Numbered from the stretch's first letter, positions 19,438-29,804 are shown. The stretch: 45,400 nt of DNA from a candidate division TA06 bacterium SM23_40 (GCA_001303705.1 LJUI01000005.1:1-45400), one strand, 5' to 3'. The notes: a model not told the origin generated them from the letters alone. Numbers and translations: made by a program.

Positions 19438-21798
19438 TCATACCGGGCTCCAGCGCCAGTCGACGATCTCCGGCAGGTCAACGTCATGCTCCCGGATGTA
19501 GATCCGGTGGGCGGCCAGGCGTTCCTGGAACTTGTCGATCACGCCGCCCGCCCGGGAGCGGAATCGGGTCGTCCGATGCAAGGCGGCAATCGCCAGCTGG
19601 TAGCGGCTCATTCCATTGAGCACCAGCATGTCGAAGGGAGTGGTGGTACGTCCTTCCTCGACGTAGCCGTGCACGTGGAAACGGTTCGAGTTTGGACGGT
19701 GGTGCACCAACTCGTGGATCAGCCGCGGGTAACCGTGAAAGGCGAAGATGACCGGCCTGTCATTCGTGAAGAGGTCGATGAAGGCTCCATCGTCCAGGCC
19801 GTGGGGATGGTCACGGTGGCACATGATCGTGAAGAGGTCCACGACGTTCACCACCCGCACCCGCAGTTCGGGCAACTCGCGCCGCAGGAGCTGCGCTGCG
19901 GCCACTATCTCCTCGGTGGGGACGTCGCCCGCTGCAGCGAAGACCACGTCAGGATCCCCGTCATCATTGCTCGCCCATCCCCACACCGAGGCGCCGCGCG
20001 CGCAGTGTTCCCGTGCAGCGTCCATATTCAGCCACTGCGGGATCATCTGCTTCGAGGCAACGATCAGATTCACGTAATCCCGACTCTTCAGGCAGTGATC
20101 CGCGACAGAGAGAAGACAATTGGCGTCCGGAGGGAAGTAGACACGGGCCACAGTACTCTTCTTGTTCACCACGTTGTTGACGAAGCTCGGGACCTGATGG
20201 CTATAGCCGTTGTGATCCTGTCGCCAGACGTGCGAGGTGAGCAGGTAGTTGAGGGAGGCAAGGGGTCTGCGCCAGGGCACCTCGCGTGAAACCTTCAGCC
20301 ATTTAGCATACTGGTTCAGCATCGAGTCCACGATGGGGATGAACGCCTCGTAGCAGGCAAAGAGACCGTGGCGCCCCGTCAGCAGGTAGCCTTCCAGCCA
20401 GCCCTGGCAGGTGTGCTCACTGAGGATCTCCATGACCCTTCCCCCCCGGGACAGGTACTCGTCAGTATCCACCAGCGGCCACATGAAGGCACGCTCAGTC
20501 ACCTCGAAGACGTGATCCAGACGGTTCGAAGTCGTCTCGTCGGGGCAGAAGAGGCGGAAGTTCCCGGCTTCCTCGTTGAGACGAAAAACGTCGCGCAGGT
20601 ATTTGCCGAGTTCCCTGGTCCCCTCGGCCTTCGAGGTACCGGGAGCCGGCACTGTCACCGCGTACTCCCTGTAGTCCGGAAGCTGGAGAGGCTCGAGAAG
20701 CTGACCCCCGTTGCCGTGGGGATTCATGCCGATCCGGCGATCAGCTTCCGGATAGATCGCCGTCACCAGTGGCTTGGGCCGTCCCGAGGCATCAAACAGT
20801 TCGTCAGGATGGTATCCGCGAAGCCACGTCTCCACCGCCTTGAGATGGTCAGGATTTGTCGCCGGATCCATGATCGGGACCTGGTGCGAGTGGAAGGTAC
20901 CTTCGATGGGCCTGCCGTCTAGCGCCTTGGGGCCTGTCCAGCCCTTGGGCGTGCGAAGGATGATCATCGGCCATGCGGGCCGCACCGGCGTCTCCCCTGC
21001 ACGCGCCTCCTCCTGGATCGAGCGGATCCCGGTGTACGCCCACTCCGTAGCCTGCCACATTGCCGTGTGCACCAAGGGAGGGTCATCACCCGCCACGATC
21101 CGCACCCTGTAGCCGTAGCCAGTGAAGAGGTGTTCGAGCTCCTCATCCGTCATGCGCCCCATGAGCGTCGGGCCGGAGAGCTTGTAGCCATTCAGGTGCA
21201 AGATCGGAAGCACCGCGCCGGAGGTGGCGGGGTCGAGGTACTTGTTACAATGCCAGGCTGTCGCCAGCGGGCCGGCCTCCGCCTCCCCGTCACCGACAAT
21301 ACAGGCCGCAATCAGATCCGGGTTGTCGAAAGCGGCACCGTAGGCGTGGACCAGGCTATAGCCCAACTCCCCACCCTCGTGGATCATGCCGGGAGTGCCG
21401 GGAAACAGGTGGCTCGGCACGCCGTACGGCCACGAGAACTGGCGGAAGAGACGCCTCAGTCCCGCCACGTCAAAGGTGAGATCGGGATAGTACTCACCAA
21501 GGCTCCCCTCCAGGTAGAGGTTCGCGAGAATAGCAGGCGCACCGTGCCCCGGCCCCACCACCAGCAGTACGCTGGCATCCGTATCCTGAATGAGGCGGCT
21601 CAGGTGCGCGTATACCAGGTTGAGTCCTGGCACCGTTCCCCAGTGCCCCAGAAGGCGCGGTTTGATATGCTCAGGGCTCAACTCCTCATGCAGCAAGGGG
21701 TTCTCCCTGAGGTAAAGCTGGGCTGCCCCTAGGTAGTTGGCAGCCCTCCAGCAGGCATCTAGCTGGTCTATCCTCCCTTGCGGAATGCCCTCGGCCAT
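19438..21798 (-). CDS. xfp: Xylulose-5-P/fructose-6-P phosphoketolase
   Basis: LLGHWGT, GPGHG, HEGGELGY, GDGEAE, QDHNGYSHQ; AAGGAGG RBS before ATG 21798. Confidence 0.95.
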   Translation of the reverse strand: MAEGIPQGRIDQLDACWRAANYLGAAQLYLRENPLLHEELSPEHIKPRLLGHWGTVPGLNLVYAHLSRLIQDTDASVLLVVGPGHGAPAILANLYLEGSLGEYYPDLTFDVAGLRRLFRQFSWPYGVPSHLFPGTPGMIHEGGELGYSLVHAYGAAFDNPDLIAACIVGDGEAEAGPLATAWHCNKYLDPATSGAVLPILHLNGYKLSGPTLMGRMTDEELEHLFTGYGYRVRIVAGDDPPLVHTAMWQATEWAYTGIRSIQEEARAGETPVRPAWPMIILRTPKGWTGPKALDGRPIEGTFHSHQVPIMDPATNPDHLKAVETWLRGYHPDELFDASGRPKPLVTAIYPEADRRIGMNPHGNGGQLLEPLQLPDYREYAVTVPAPGTSKAEGTRELGKYLRDVFRLNEEAGNFRLFCPDETTSNRLDHVFEVTERAFMWPLVDTDEYLSRGGRVMEILSEHTCQGWLEGYLLTGRHGLFACYEAFIPIVDSMLNQYAKWLKVSREVPWRRPLASLNYLLTSHVWRQDHNGYSHQVPSFVNNVVNKKSTVARVYFPPDANCLLSVADHCLKSRDYVNLIVASKQMIPQWLNMDAAREHCARGASVWGWASNDDGDPDVVFAAAGDVPTEEIVAAAQLLRRELPELRVRVVNVVDLFTIMCHRDHPHGLDDGAFIDLFTNDRPVIFAFHGYPRLIHELVHHRPNSNRFHVHGYVEEGRTTTPFDMLVLNGMSRYQLAIAALHRTTRFRSRAGGVIDKFQERLAAHRIYIREHDVDLPEIVDWRWSPV

Positions 21799-21895
21799 AA
21801 CTGCATCCTCCTTCACTTCACTTCTCATCAGCTCGTTGCGTGTGAACTCGCTCCATGCTGCTTCTGCTCGCTCAATGCCACTTCTGCCCTCTGCT

Positions 21896-21930
21896 TCTCT
21901 ATGTGCCTCCGCCTCTCTATGTGCCTCCGC
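21896..21930. repeat. 18-bp-period tandem duplication spanning the ackA stop codon
   Basis: TCTCTATGTGCCTCCGC at 21896-21912 and 21914-21930. Confidence 0.85.
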
Positions 21931-23140
21931 TCCCCTCCCCTTCTCCCTCCTTGCTCCACAAGAGTTCGTAGCTATGTCTGGCAATCACCAACTCTTCGTT
22001 CGTCTTCATGACGCGCACACTGACCGGGGCATCGTCGAAAGAGATGACAGCGCCACTGGCCTCGTTGCGTTCCGGATCCACCCGGATGCCCAGGAACTCC
22101 AGACCTTCACAGATGCGCCAGCGGACAGCCGGAGCGTTTTCCCCCATGCCACCCGTGAAGACGAGCGTATCGAGTCCCCCCAATGTGGCGACGAGGGCGC
22201 CGAGGAACTTCTTCGCCTGGTAGCAGAAGAGTCGAATGGCCAGCGCGGCACGCGGGTCCTGGTTCTCCCGCTCGAGGAGATCCTCCATATCAGAACTGGT
22301 CCCTGACACCCCAAGGAGGCCCCCCTTGCGGTTCACGATCTCGTTCACCTGTGCAGCCGACAGGCCCTTTTCGACGAGAAGATAGAGAATCACTCCAGGA
22401 TCGAGATCGCCCGAGCGTGAACCCATGACCAATCCACCGGTCGGCGTGAACCCCATGGTCGTATCGACACTCTCCCCATCTCGCACTGCGGTCATGCTGC
22501 AGCCGTGCCCAAGGTGAGCGACGACGGTACGACCAGCAGCTACCTTCGAACCGGCCTCCGAGGCAAGCTCTCTCATGACGTATTCGCAGGAGAGGCCGTG
22601 GAAGCCGTACCGCAGCACTCCCTCATCCCAGAGATGCCTGGGGAGTCCGTAGAGTTGGGCCTCGCGCGGCATGTTGCGGTGGAATGCCGTGTCGAAGCAG
22701 GCAATCTGCCTCAGGGCCGGATTGTGTCGTTGGACGGCCTCTATGGCGGCCAGTTCGCGAGGCAGATGTTCGGGAGCGAAGGGACTGAGCCTCCTGAGTT
22801 CCGCAATCAACTCGTGCGTGACGAGGTGCGGACGATTGTACTTGCTGCCCCCGTGCACCACACGGTGCCCTACCGCATCGAGATCCCGGGCAAGCGCACT
22901 ACCGTGCAGCCATTCGAATAGCTTCTGCAGAGCGACGGCATGATCCGGCAGAACGACGTGCTTCTCTATCAAGCTCCTGCCATCACCGCCTCTGGCGTAG
23001 AAGTATCCCTCTCTCCGGCCAATTCTCTCTATCCGTCCTGTGAGTCTTTCGACGGCTGTCCGTCCCATACTGTGAAGTGAGAATTTGATGCTCGATGACC
23101 CACTATTTAGCGCAAGGATACGATAACATGAGTCGTTCAT
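21917..23140 (-). CDS. ackA: Acetate kinase
   Basis: LNSGSSSIK, GHRVVHGG, FDTAFH, RYGFHGLS, TTMGFTP, FTGGMGEN, TNEE. Confidence 0.96.
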   Translation of the reverse strand: MNDSCYRILALNSGSSSIKFSLHSMGRTAVERLTGRIERIGRREGYFYARGGDGRSLIEKHVVLPDHAVALQKLFEWLHGSALARDLDAVGHRVVHGGSKYNRPHLVTHELIAELRRLSPFAPEHLPRELAAIEAVQRHNPALRQIACFDTAFHRNMPREAQLYGLPRHLWDEGVLRYGFHGLSCEYVMRELASEAGSKVAAGRTVVAHLGHGCSMTAVRDGESVDTTMGFTPTGGLVMGSRSGDLDPGVILYLLVEKGLSAAQVNEIVNRKGGLLGVSGTSSDMEDLLERENQDPRAALAIRLFCYQAKKFLGALVATLGGLDTLVFTGGMGENAPAVRWRICEGLEFLGIRVDPERNEASGAVISFDDAPVSVRVMKTNEELVIARHSYELLWSKEGEGEGSGGT

Positions 23141-23441
23141 AGTGCACTCCACGGTCTTTGCAGTCCAGGAAAACCACGTATATGGTCAGTGCGATGGATC
23201 CGAATATCACGAGGGAAGATTGTAGACAGCCAATGATGGAGTCCCTTCACCACAATCAGGGACGACCTGAGTCCAGGGAAGAGAAGACTCCCTTCTCGGC
23301 CTGCCAGGGATCCCTCGAGTGCGGCGACGAAGCCATGTGAGCCGATCTCGTCTATCACCCTGTGTCACAGTAGAAAGACCGTGGCAGAAAAGAGAGGAGC
23401 TCGAAGAGGGGCAATGCCGAGAGTGGTGGCCATCCTGTTTC

Positions 23442-24578
23442 TTACTCTCCATCTCCCTCGAGATCCAATTTCAGAGCCAGGAATTGCAGCATATCCTTGA
23501 GCGCTATGATACCAACCAGTCGGTCGCGCTCGACGACCATCAGGCGGCTGTTGCCCGTCCGCTGCATGACCGATAGAGCTCTGATGGCATCGGCATCTGG
23601 AGCTATGGTGTTTTCCGACGAACATGCCCGGACCAGCTCGCCGACTCGATGCTCACCCCATTCGTTTCTGGGGATGGTCTGCACCTGGCGCGTACCGATG
23701 CAGCCAAGAAGCCTCTCCCCGTCGACAACCGGTAACATCTTGAAATGATACTTGTAGATGTAGTCCTCCACGAGTTGCGCTATCGAGACTGAGGCCGGTA
23801 CCGTCACGGAATTGACCTCCATGAACCGTCTCACGTGGTCGCCTTCCAGAGCATTTCTCAGCAGCACCTGTCTGTACGATAACTGGGATGCGTTCCGCAG
23901 AAACATGCCGATCATGAACATCCATATTCCGCCGACGAAATTCGCCCGAAGCACGTTCAGGACCCCCAGGATAATCAACACAATGCCGAAGCCGGATCCG
24001 ATCTGAGATGCAATGCGCGTCGCCCCCCGCAGCTCGCCCCTCCAATTCCACAGAACCGACCGCAGCACACGACCTCCGTCGAGGGGGAACGCAGGCAGGA
24101 GATTGAACCCAGCGAGAATGAGATTGATCCACGCAAGATAGCCGAAGACTCCGTTCACTGCGGCCGGCCACCCTGCTGCCCTCGCCGCGGCGCGGATACC
24201 GTAGAAGACCACGCCCAGGAGGATACTCGAAATGGGACCCGCAATGGCCATCAGGAATTCGGCTCTCGGGCTCGGTGGTTCATCCTCCATCTCCGCGACA
24301 CCCCCAAAGATGAAAAGGGTGATCCCCTTCATCGGCAGGCCGTATCTCCTCGCAATCAGAGAATGCCAGAGTTCGTGGAAGATAATCGAGACGAACAGAC
24401 CTGCCGCGCCAGCGACTCCCATCCACCAGTAGGTCGATTGTGAGAGATTCTTGAGATAGAGGGGGAAGAGCCCTACTGCGAGAGACCAGGTGATTAGTAC
24501 CGCAAGGATGAACCAGCTGAGGTCGATCCGCACCTCAAAGCCGAAAAGCTTGAATATGGTGAGCCGTCTTCCGAACAT
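23442..24578 (-). CDS. Site-2 protease (M50) with tandem CBS domains
   Basis: HELWH, FIFGGVA, IAGP, FNLLPAFPLDGGR motifs; C-terminal CBS pair. Confidence 0.93.
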   Translation of the reverse strand: MFGRRLTIFKLFGFEVRIDLSWFILAVLITWSLAVGLFPLYLKNLSQSTYWWMGVAGAAGLFVSIIFHELWHSLIARRYGLPMKGITLFIFGGVAEMEDEPPSPRAEFLMAIAGPISSILLGVVFYGIRAAARAAGWPAAVNGVFGYLAWINLILAGFNLLPAFPLDGGRVLRSVLWNWRGELRGATRIASQIGSGFGIVLIILGVLNVLRANFVGGIWMFMIGMFLRNASQLSYRQVLLRNALEGDHVRRFMEVNSVTVPASVSIAQLVEDYIYKYHFKMLPVVDGERLLGCIGTRQVQTIPRNEWGEHRVGELVRACSSENTIAPDADAIRALSVMQRTGNSRLMVVERDRLVGIIALKDMLQFLALKLDLEGDGE

Positions 24579-24612
24579 CTTCGACCTGCGTTCGTTACGA
24601 GCAGCCCTGGAA

Positions 24613-24972
24613 CTAGAAGGCGTTCTCGATATGCTCGACGCTGCAACCGTCCCCCACCCCGCCTACTGCCACGACATCGAACCGGACCGGCACGATATCA
24701 ATGAGGCCTCTCTGCCGAAGATACTCCATAGCCCCACGCTGCAGGCGCGCCCGTTTCCTTCCACCCACCGCCTCCTGGGGCCAGCCGAAAGCGCTGCCGC
24801 TCTTGTACTTCACCTCAACGAATACGACGCAGTCGCCATCCAGAGCGACGAGGTCGATCTCACCGTGCCGCCAGCGGAAGTTCCTCTGGACGATCCGGTA
24901 CCCTTTCGCCTCTAAGAAACGAGCGGCCTTCTTCTCGGCCGCCTCACCCAGGCGCATTCTCTCTTGTGTCAT
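24613..24972 (-). CDS. yraN: YraN family putative endonuclease
   Basis: LGEAAE, RNFR..GEIDLV, VFVEVK, RFDVV. Confidence 0.93.
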   Translation of the reverse strand: MTQERMRLGEAAEKKAARFLEAKGYRIVQRNFRWRHGEIDLVALDGDCVVFVEVKYKSGSAFGWPQEAVGGRKRARLQRGAMEYLRQRGLIDIVPVRFDVVAVGGVGDGCSVEHIENAF

Positions 24973-24983
24973 AATGTGAGGGG

Positions 24984-25628
24984 CTACGGTGAGCTTCTGT
25001 ATCTACCCTGAGCAGATCTCCCTTCGGCGAGCAGTGCGGCCTCTCTCACCGGCCTGAAGGAGTAGCGGTGGACCTCGCACGGGCCGTGCCGCTTCAGGGC
25101 ATCGAGGTGTGCGCGAGTGGTGTATCCCTTGTGGCGTGCGAAGCCGTAGACAGGGTACTGCTCGTCCAGTCTCTCCATCAGCGCATCCCGCGTGATCTTC
25201 GCCACGATCGACGCCGCAGCGATAGAGAGCGAGCGCGAGTCCCCGCTCACCATCCCATACTGCGGCACAGTGAGCTTAGGTATGGCATGACCGTCGACAA
25301 GGACCCACTCCGGTTTGGGATCGAGGTCAGCGAGCGCGAGGCGCATCGCCCTGAAGCTTGCCCGCAGGATATTCGTCCTGTCGATCTCATGGTGAGAGAC
25401 GACGCCAACCCCGATGCTCAGAGCGTTGAAGACAATGTCGTCGTAGCAGGCGAGACGCGCGGCCGGCGAAAGCCGCTTCGAGTCACGGACTCCGCTCAAT
25501 GCAGTCCCACGGGGGAGGATCACCGCTGCCGCAACTACAGGCCCTGCGAGGGGGCCCCGACCCGCCTCATCCACACCGGCAACGAGTTCCACACCCTTCG
25601 ACCAGAGCGCCTGCTCGTACTCGAGCAT
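24984..25628 (-). CDS. rnhB: Ribonuclease HII
   Basis: GVDEAGRGPLAGPV, DSKRL, SIAAASIVAK, HKGY, HRYSF. Confidence 0.96.
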   Translation of the reverse strand: MLEYEQALWSKGVELVAGVDEAGRGPLAGPVVAAAVILPRGTALSGVRDSKRLSPAARLACYDDIVFNALSIGVGVVSHHEIDRTNILRASFRAMRLALADLDPKPEWVLVDGHAIPKLTVPQYGMVSGDSRSLSIAAASIVAKITRDALMERLDEQYPVYGFARHKGYTTRAHLDALKRHGPCEVHRYSFRPVREAALLAEGRSAQGRYRSSP

Positions 25629-25630
25629 GA

Positions 25631-25972
25631 CTATCGTTTCTCCTCGACTCTCGCCGCTTTGCCTCGTCGACCGCGCAGGTAATAGAGCTTCGCCCTCCGC
25701 ACCTTCCCTCGCCGTAATACCTTTATCTTCGCCAGCGAGGGCGAGTGGAGTGGGAAGACACGCTCGACGCCAATCCCTTCGGTCACCTTCCGTACCGTAA
25801 ACGTCTCTCGCAGACCGCCGCCTTTCCTCCGGATGACCACACCCTCGAAGGGCTGGAGACGTTCCTTGTCTCCCTCTATGACCCTGATGTGGATCCTCAC
25901 GGTGTCGCCCGGCTTGAAATCCGGGATCTCTTTCTTCAGATAGCCCTCCTCAACTGATTCGACCGCACCCAT
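25631..25972 (-). CDS. rplS: 50S ribosomal protein L19
   Basis: [35 protein letters not shown]. Confidence 0.97.
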   Translation of the reverse strand: MGAVESVEEGYLKKEIPDFKPGDTVRIHIRVIEGDKERLQPFEGVVIRRKGGGLRETFTVRKVTEGIGVERVFPLHSPSLAKIKVLRRGKVRRAKLYYLRGRRGKAARVEEKR

Positions 25973-26015
25973 TGAAGCCTCCCTGTTTGGTGCCTCCATC
26001 TCCACTCGATTGCAC

Positions 26016-26798
26016 TCAGCTCGTCTCCGATACCTCGTTCGATTCAGCACCACTCGATCTACTGAGCTGATCCTCGGACTCTACGGCCCGGAGCAATTCA
26101 CGATCCTCGGGTGTGAGCTCAACTCGTTCAAGGAGATCCGGCCTCCTCCTAAGGGTCCGCCGGATCGCCTCCTTCCTTCTCCAACGTTCGATCTTTGCGT
26201 GATCGCCCGAGACGAGAACCTCTGGCACGCGCATCTCCTCGAACTCCTGCGGCCTGGTGTAGTGCGGAGCGTCGAGCAGACCACTCTGGAAAGAGTCTCG
26301 GGCCGCCGACTCGTAATCGCCGATTACCCCGGGCAGGAGCCGTACCACCGACTCCGCCACGACGAGCGCCGCGAGCTCGCCGCCCGAGAGCACATAGTCG
26401 CCCAGCGAAATTTCGTCTGTGATGAGCCCACGACGCACACGCTCATCCACACCTCTGTACCGGCCGCAGATCAGCGAAACGCGGTCCTCCTCCGCCAGGG
26501 CTGTGGCAATTCGTTGGTCATACGTCTTTCCCTGCGGCGAGAGCAGAACGATACGCCCGCTGTCGTCGTCACCGCGAACCTCCCGCACGGCGCGGAAGAT
26601 CGGATCCGGTTTGAGGATCATCCCCGGCCCGCCGCCGAACGGAGCATCATCGACCGAGCGGTGGCGATCGTCAGTGAACTCCCTGAGATCGACCACGTTT
26701 ATCCTGGCCGCTCCCTGTTCGCGGGCGATGCGGAGTGTCCCCACTTCAAGCACGGCCTCGATCAACTCGGGAAATATCGTGATAATGTCTATCGTCAC
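26016..26798 (-). CDS. trmD: tRNA (guanine-37-N1)-methyltransferase
   Basis: [54 protein letters not shown] start inferred. Confidence 0.95.
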   Translation of the reverse strand: MTIDIITIFPELIEAVLEVGTLRIAREQGAARINVVDLREFTDDRHRSVDDAPFGGGPGMILKPDPIFRAVREVRGDDDSGRIVLLSPQGKTYDQRIATALAEEDRVSLICGRYRGVDERVRRGLITDEISLGDYVLSGGELAALVVAESVVRLLPGVIGDYESAARDSFQSGLLDAPHYTRPQEFEEMRVPEVLVSGDHAKIERWRRKEAIRRTLRRRPDLLERVELTPEDRELLRAVESEDQLSRSSGAESNEVSETS

Positions 26799-26806
26799 GC
26801 CTTCTT

Positions 26807-26836
26807 CTCCGGACCGCCACCCTCCGGACCGCCACC
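26807..26836. repeat. Perfect 15-bp tandem duplication between rimM and trmD
   Basis: CTCCGGACCGCCACC x2. Confidence 0.85.
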
Positions 26837-26907
26837 TCAGACCTTCGCCCATCCTCCGCCCTCGACCCGGTCTACCAATGCATCGGCACCCAGGCCCCGA
26901 CACCGGT

Positions 26908-27438
26908 TCAAGCCGGTTGTCCCTCCTCCTCGATGAGACCCGGCATCGCAACTATCTTCATTACGCCGGCTTTGACGTCGATCTCCCTCACGATCTCTTC
27001 GGTACCCGGAATGAGAATCTCCCCGCATGGTCCGCGGGCGACGTACACATCATTTGCTGGCCCTTGCCAGACATCTACGATCGTGCCGAGCTGCCTGCCA
27101 TCGAGTGCTTCTACTCGCAGTCCGATGATCTCGAAGATATAGTGCTGCCCGGGCGCCAACTCGACAAGGTTCTCTCGCGCAACGCATATGGTCCAACCGG
27201 CCAGCTCCTCTGCGCCTTCCCTCGAATCTACGCCCTCGATGCTGATGAGTATGCGCTCACCAGCCCGCCTGCAGTCCATGAGCCTGGCCTGACGGACCAG
27301 TCCCCTTCGCGACACCAGGTACACATCGAGCCGGCTGGCAAACCGTTCCGGGAAATCCGTCTCCGGAATGACCTGAACTTCGCCCCGCAGTCCGTGGGCC
27401 TTTGCGATACTTCCGATGACGACCAGCTCCTGCTCCAT
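26908..27438 (-). CDS. rimM: 16S rRNA processing protein RimM
   Basis: [25 protein letters not shown]; position in the rpsP operon. Confidence 0.95.
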   Translation of the reverse strand: MEQELVVIGSIAKAHGLRGEVQVIPETDFPERFASRLDVYLVSRRGLVRQARLMDCRRAGERILISIEGVDSREGAEELAGWTICVARENLVELAPGQHYIFEIIGLRVEALDGRQLGTIVDVWQGPANDVYVARGPCGEILIPGTEEIVREIDVKAGVMKIVAMPGLIEEEGQPA

Positions 27439-27669
27439 CTACTCAAGTATCTCGAGCACGGCCCTCTTGCCTGCTTTCATCGCTGCCGCCGTGACGATCG
27501 TACGGATCGACTTCGCAGTCCTCCCTTCGCGACCGATGACCTTGCCCAGGTCGCCCGGCCCAACTCGCAGCTCGTACACTATCGTCTTTTCCCCGACCAC
27601 CTCAGTAACCACGACCTGTTCAGGATGATCGACGAGGGACCTGGCGATGTGTTCGATCAACTCCTTCAT
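27439..27669 (-). CDS. khpA: KH-domain RNA-binding protein KhpA
   Basis: [19 protein letters not shown]; lies between rpsP and rimM. Confidence 0.95.
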   Translation of the reverse strand: MKELIEHIARSLVDHPEQVVVTEVVGEKTIVYELRVGPGDLGKVIGREGRTAKSIRTIVTAAAMKAGKRAVLEILE

Positions 27670-27783
27670 GGGGAATCCCCCTCTGTCTCTCTGCGAACTC
27701 GCTCTCTCGCTGGATCGGAAGACATTCCGCCTCTAGAGGTGCCTCCAGATTCGGCATCACTCGTCTACGTGGGGTCCCTGTCC

Positions 27784-28194
27784 TCAGGTCTCAGCATCCT
27801 CGTCTTCGGCTGTCTCGAGCGACGGCTCCTCGCCGCCTTCAGCTGACTCGACCGGCATCTCCTCGCCACCCTCAGCTGACTCGACCGGCATCTCCTCGCC
27901 GCCTTCAGCTATCTCGACCGGCATCTCCTCCCCAGCCGCGGCTGATACACCACCTCCTCCCGCGCGATATCGGGCGATGAGCCGGGCCGCCGCCTGCGTA
28001 GGCTGTGCGCCTCGCTCCTCCCACAGGCGGACCTTCTCTTCATCGATCTCGAGCGCACCCTCAGAGCGAGGATCGTAGTATCCGACAATGTCGATGAACT
28101 TCCCGTCTCGAGGCATTCCCGAATCAGCTACCACAACTCTGTAAAAGGGTCGCTTCCTCGAACCCGTCCTACGCAACCGGATGCGTACTGACAC
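27784..28194 (-). CDS. rpsP: 30S ribosomal protein S16 with acidic repeat tail
   Basis: [31 protein letters not shown]. Confidence 0.96.
   Translation of the reverse strand: MSVRIRLRRTGSRKRPFYRVVVADSGMPRDGKFIDIVGYYDPRSEGALEIDEEKVRLWEERGAQPTQAAARLIARYRAGGGGVSAAAGEEMPVEIAEGGEEMPVESAEGGEEMPVESAEGGEEPSLETAEDEDAET
27826..27930. repeat. 33-bp in-frame tandem repeat ([11 protein letters not shown]) in the rpsP tail
   Basis: About three copies of CTCCTCGCCRCCYTCAGCTGACTCGACCGGCAT. Confidence 0.85.
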
Positions 28195-28398
28195 TTGAAA
28201 TGAATCCTCCTTTCGCGCCTGTACTCTCGATCGTCAGACATCTCATGCCACGATTCCAACTCCGATCTTCTCTCATTAGCTCACGTGGCGCCGCGTGATC
28301 CCGTGATCCGCTGATATCCTCCTGCGTTCTATCTCTAGCTCCAGCTCTATGTCCAGAGACCATCTCAAGCAGAGAATAACCCATGAGTGCTTCTCTAT

Positions 28399-29724
28399 TC
28401 AACGACGAAATTCAGGCAACCCCGGCACCTTCAGCTTCCCCGTTGTCACGTCTTTCATGAGCTTGCGAGCCATCATGAACTGCTTCACTACGTTATTGAC
28501 ATCGTGGAGCGTGGTGCCGCTGCCTTTGGCGATCCGCTTCCGACGACTGCCGTCGAGAATCTCGGGACGCCTCCGCTCCTCCCGCGTCATCGAACAGACG
28601 ATGGCCTCGAAACGGTCGAGCGCCGCTTCGTCGACGACGGCCGACTTCAGCATCTTTCTATCGACACCCGGAACCATCTGCAGAACCTGATCCAGGGGCG
28701 CAATGCGGCGCATCTGGCGAAGCTGATCGAGGAAATCATCCAACGTGAACTCTTCTTTTCTGAGCTTCGCCTCGAGCCGTTCTGCCTCCTTCTGGTCGAT
28801 GACGGCCTCTGCCTTCTCGACGAGACTGACTACATCACCCAGGCCGAGGATGCGTGAGGCCATCCTTTCGGGGATGAACTCCTCCAGGTCGCCCACCTTC
28901 TCGCCCACACCGACGAACTTGATCGGCCTCCCCGTCACCGCTCTGATCGACAGCGCCGCGCCACCGCGCGCGTCGCCATCGAGCTTGGTGAGGATGACTC
29001 CATCTATTCCGAGACGATCATCGAATTCCTTGGCGACTTGAACGGCATCCTGGCCCGTCATGCCATCAGCAACCAGGCAGATCTCTGTTGGATGAACCGC
29101 ATCCTTCATCCGCGCCAGCTCATCCATCAACTCGTCATCTATGTGGAGCCTGCCGCCGGTATCGAGAATGAGGAGATCCCGCCCCTGCTCGCGTGCGCCC
29201 TTCACGGCGGAGGCCGCAACCTCCACTGCGTCAGTGCCATCTCCGAAGAAGACCGGGGCAGGAACCTGATCGGCCACGATCGCGAGCTGCTCCCTGGCAG
29301 CCGGCCTTCTCGTATCGCATGCCACCAACAGCGGGCGCTTGCCGGCCTTTTTCAGACGGTGCGCGAGCTTGGCGGCCAGCGTGGTCTTCCCACACCCCTG
29401 CAGGCCGACCAACATGATCACAGTCGGAGGACTGGCGGCGAATCCGATCCGTTCCCCCTCTCCCCCGAGCAACGAGACGAGTTCATCATGGACGATCTTG
29501 ATAACTTGGTACCCAGGGGAAACACTCTTGGTCACACGCTCGCCGACCGCCTCCGACTGAACCGAGTCGATGAAGTCCTTCACCACCCGGTAGTTGACAT
29601 CGGCCTCGAGCAACGCGATCCTGATCTCCCGCATCGCAGCGCGCACGTCTTTCTCGGAGAGCCGCCCGTACCCGCGGAGCCTTCGGAAGACGTCGCCAAG
29701 CTTCTCTGTCAGATCATCGAACAT
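28399..29724 (-). CDS. ffh: Signal recognition particle protein
   Basis: ALLEADV, GLQGCGKTT, DTGGR, TKLDGDARGGAALS, SRRKRIAKGSG. Confidence 0.97.
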   Translation of the reverse strand: MFDDLTEKLGDVFRRLRGYGRLSEKDVRAAMREIRIALLEADVNYRVVKDFIDSVQSEAVGERVTKSVSPGYQVIKIVHDELVSLLGGEGERIGFAASPPTVIMLVGLQGCGKTTLAAKLAHRLKKAGKRPLLVACDTRRPAAREQLAIVADQVPAPVFFGDGTDAVEVAASAVKGAREQGRDLLILDTGGRLHIDDELMDELARMKDAVHPTEICLVADGMTGQDAVQVAKEFDDRLGIDGVILTKLDGDARGGAALSIRAVTGRPIKFVGVGEKVGDLEEFIPERMASRILGLGDVVSLVEKAEAVIDQKEAERLEAKLRKEEFTLDDFLDQLRQMRRIAPLDQVLQMVPGVDRKMLKSAVVDEAALDRFEAIVCSMTREERRRPEILDGSRRKRIAKGSGTTLHDVNNVVKQFMMARKLMKDVTTGKLKVPGLPEFRR

Positions 29725-29775
29725 GCCTCATTCCGTCCCCGGATCCTCTGCAAACACTCTCCCGAGAGGCCTCCC

Positions 29776-29804
29776 ATCTTATCTCCTACCAATAAAAAAC
29801 GCAA
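29776..29804 (-). promoter_or_regulatory. Putative sigma70 promoter for ffh
   Basis: TTGCGT-17 nt-TAAGAT in an AT-rich patch. Confidence 0.6.

Noticed and set aside
23137-23358. 73-aa ORF ending at the ackA start
   Set aside because: The ATGA overlap would end any ORF in that frame; no convincing RBS or recognisable domain
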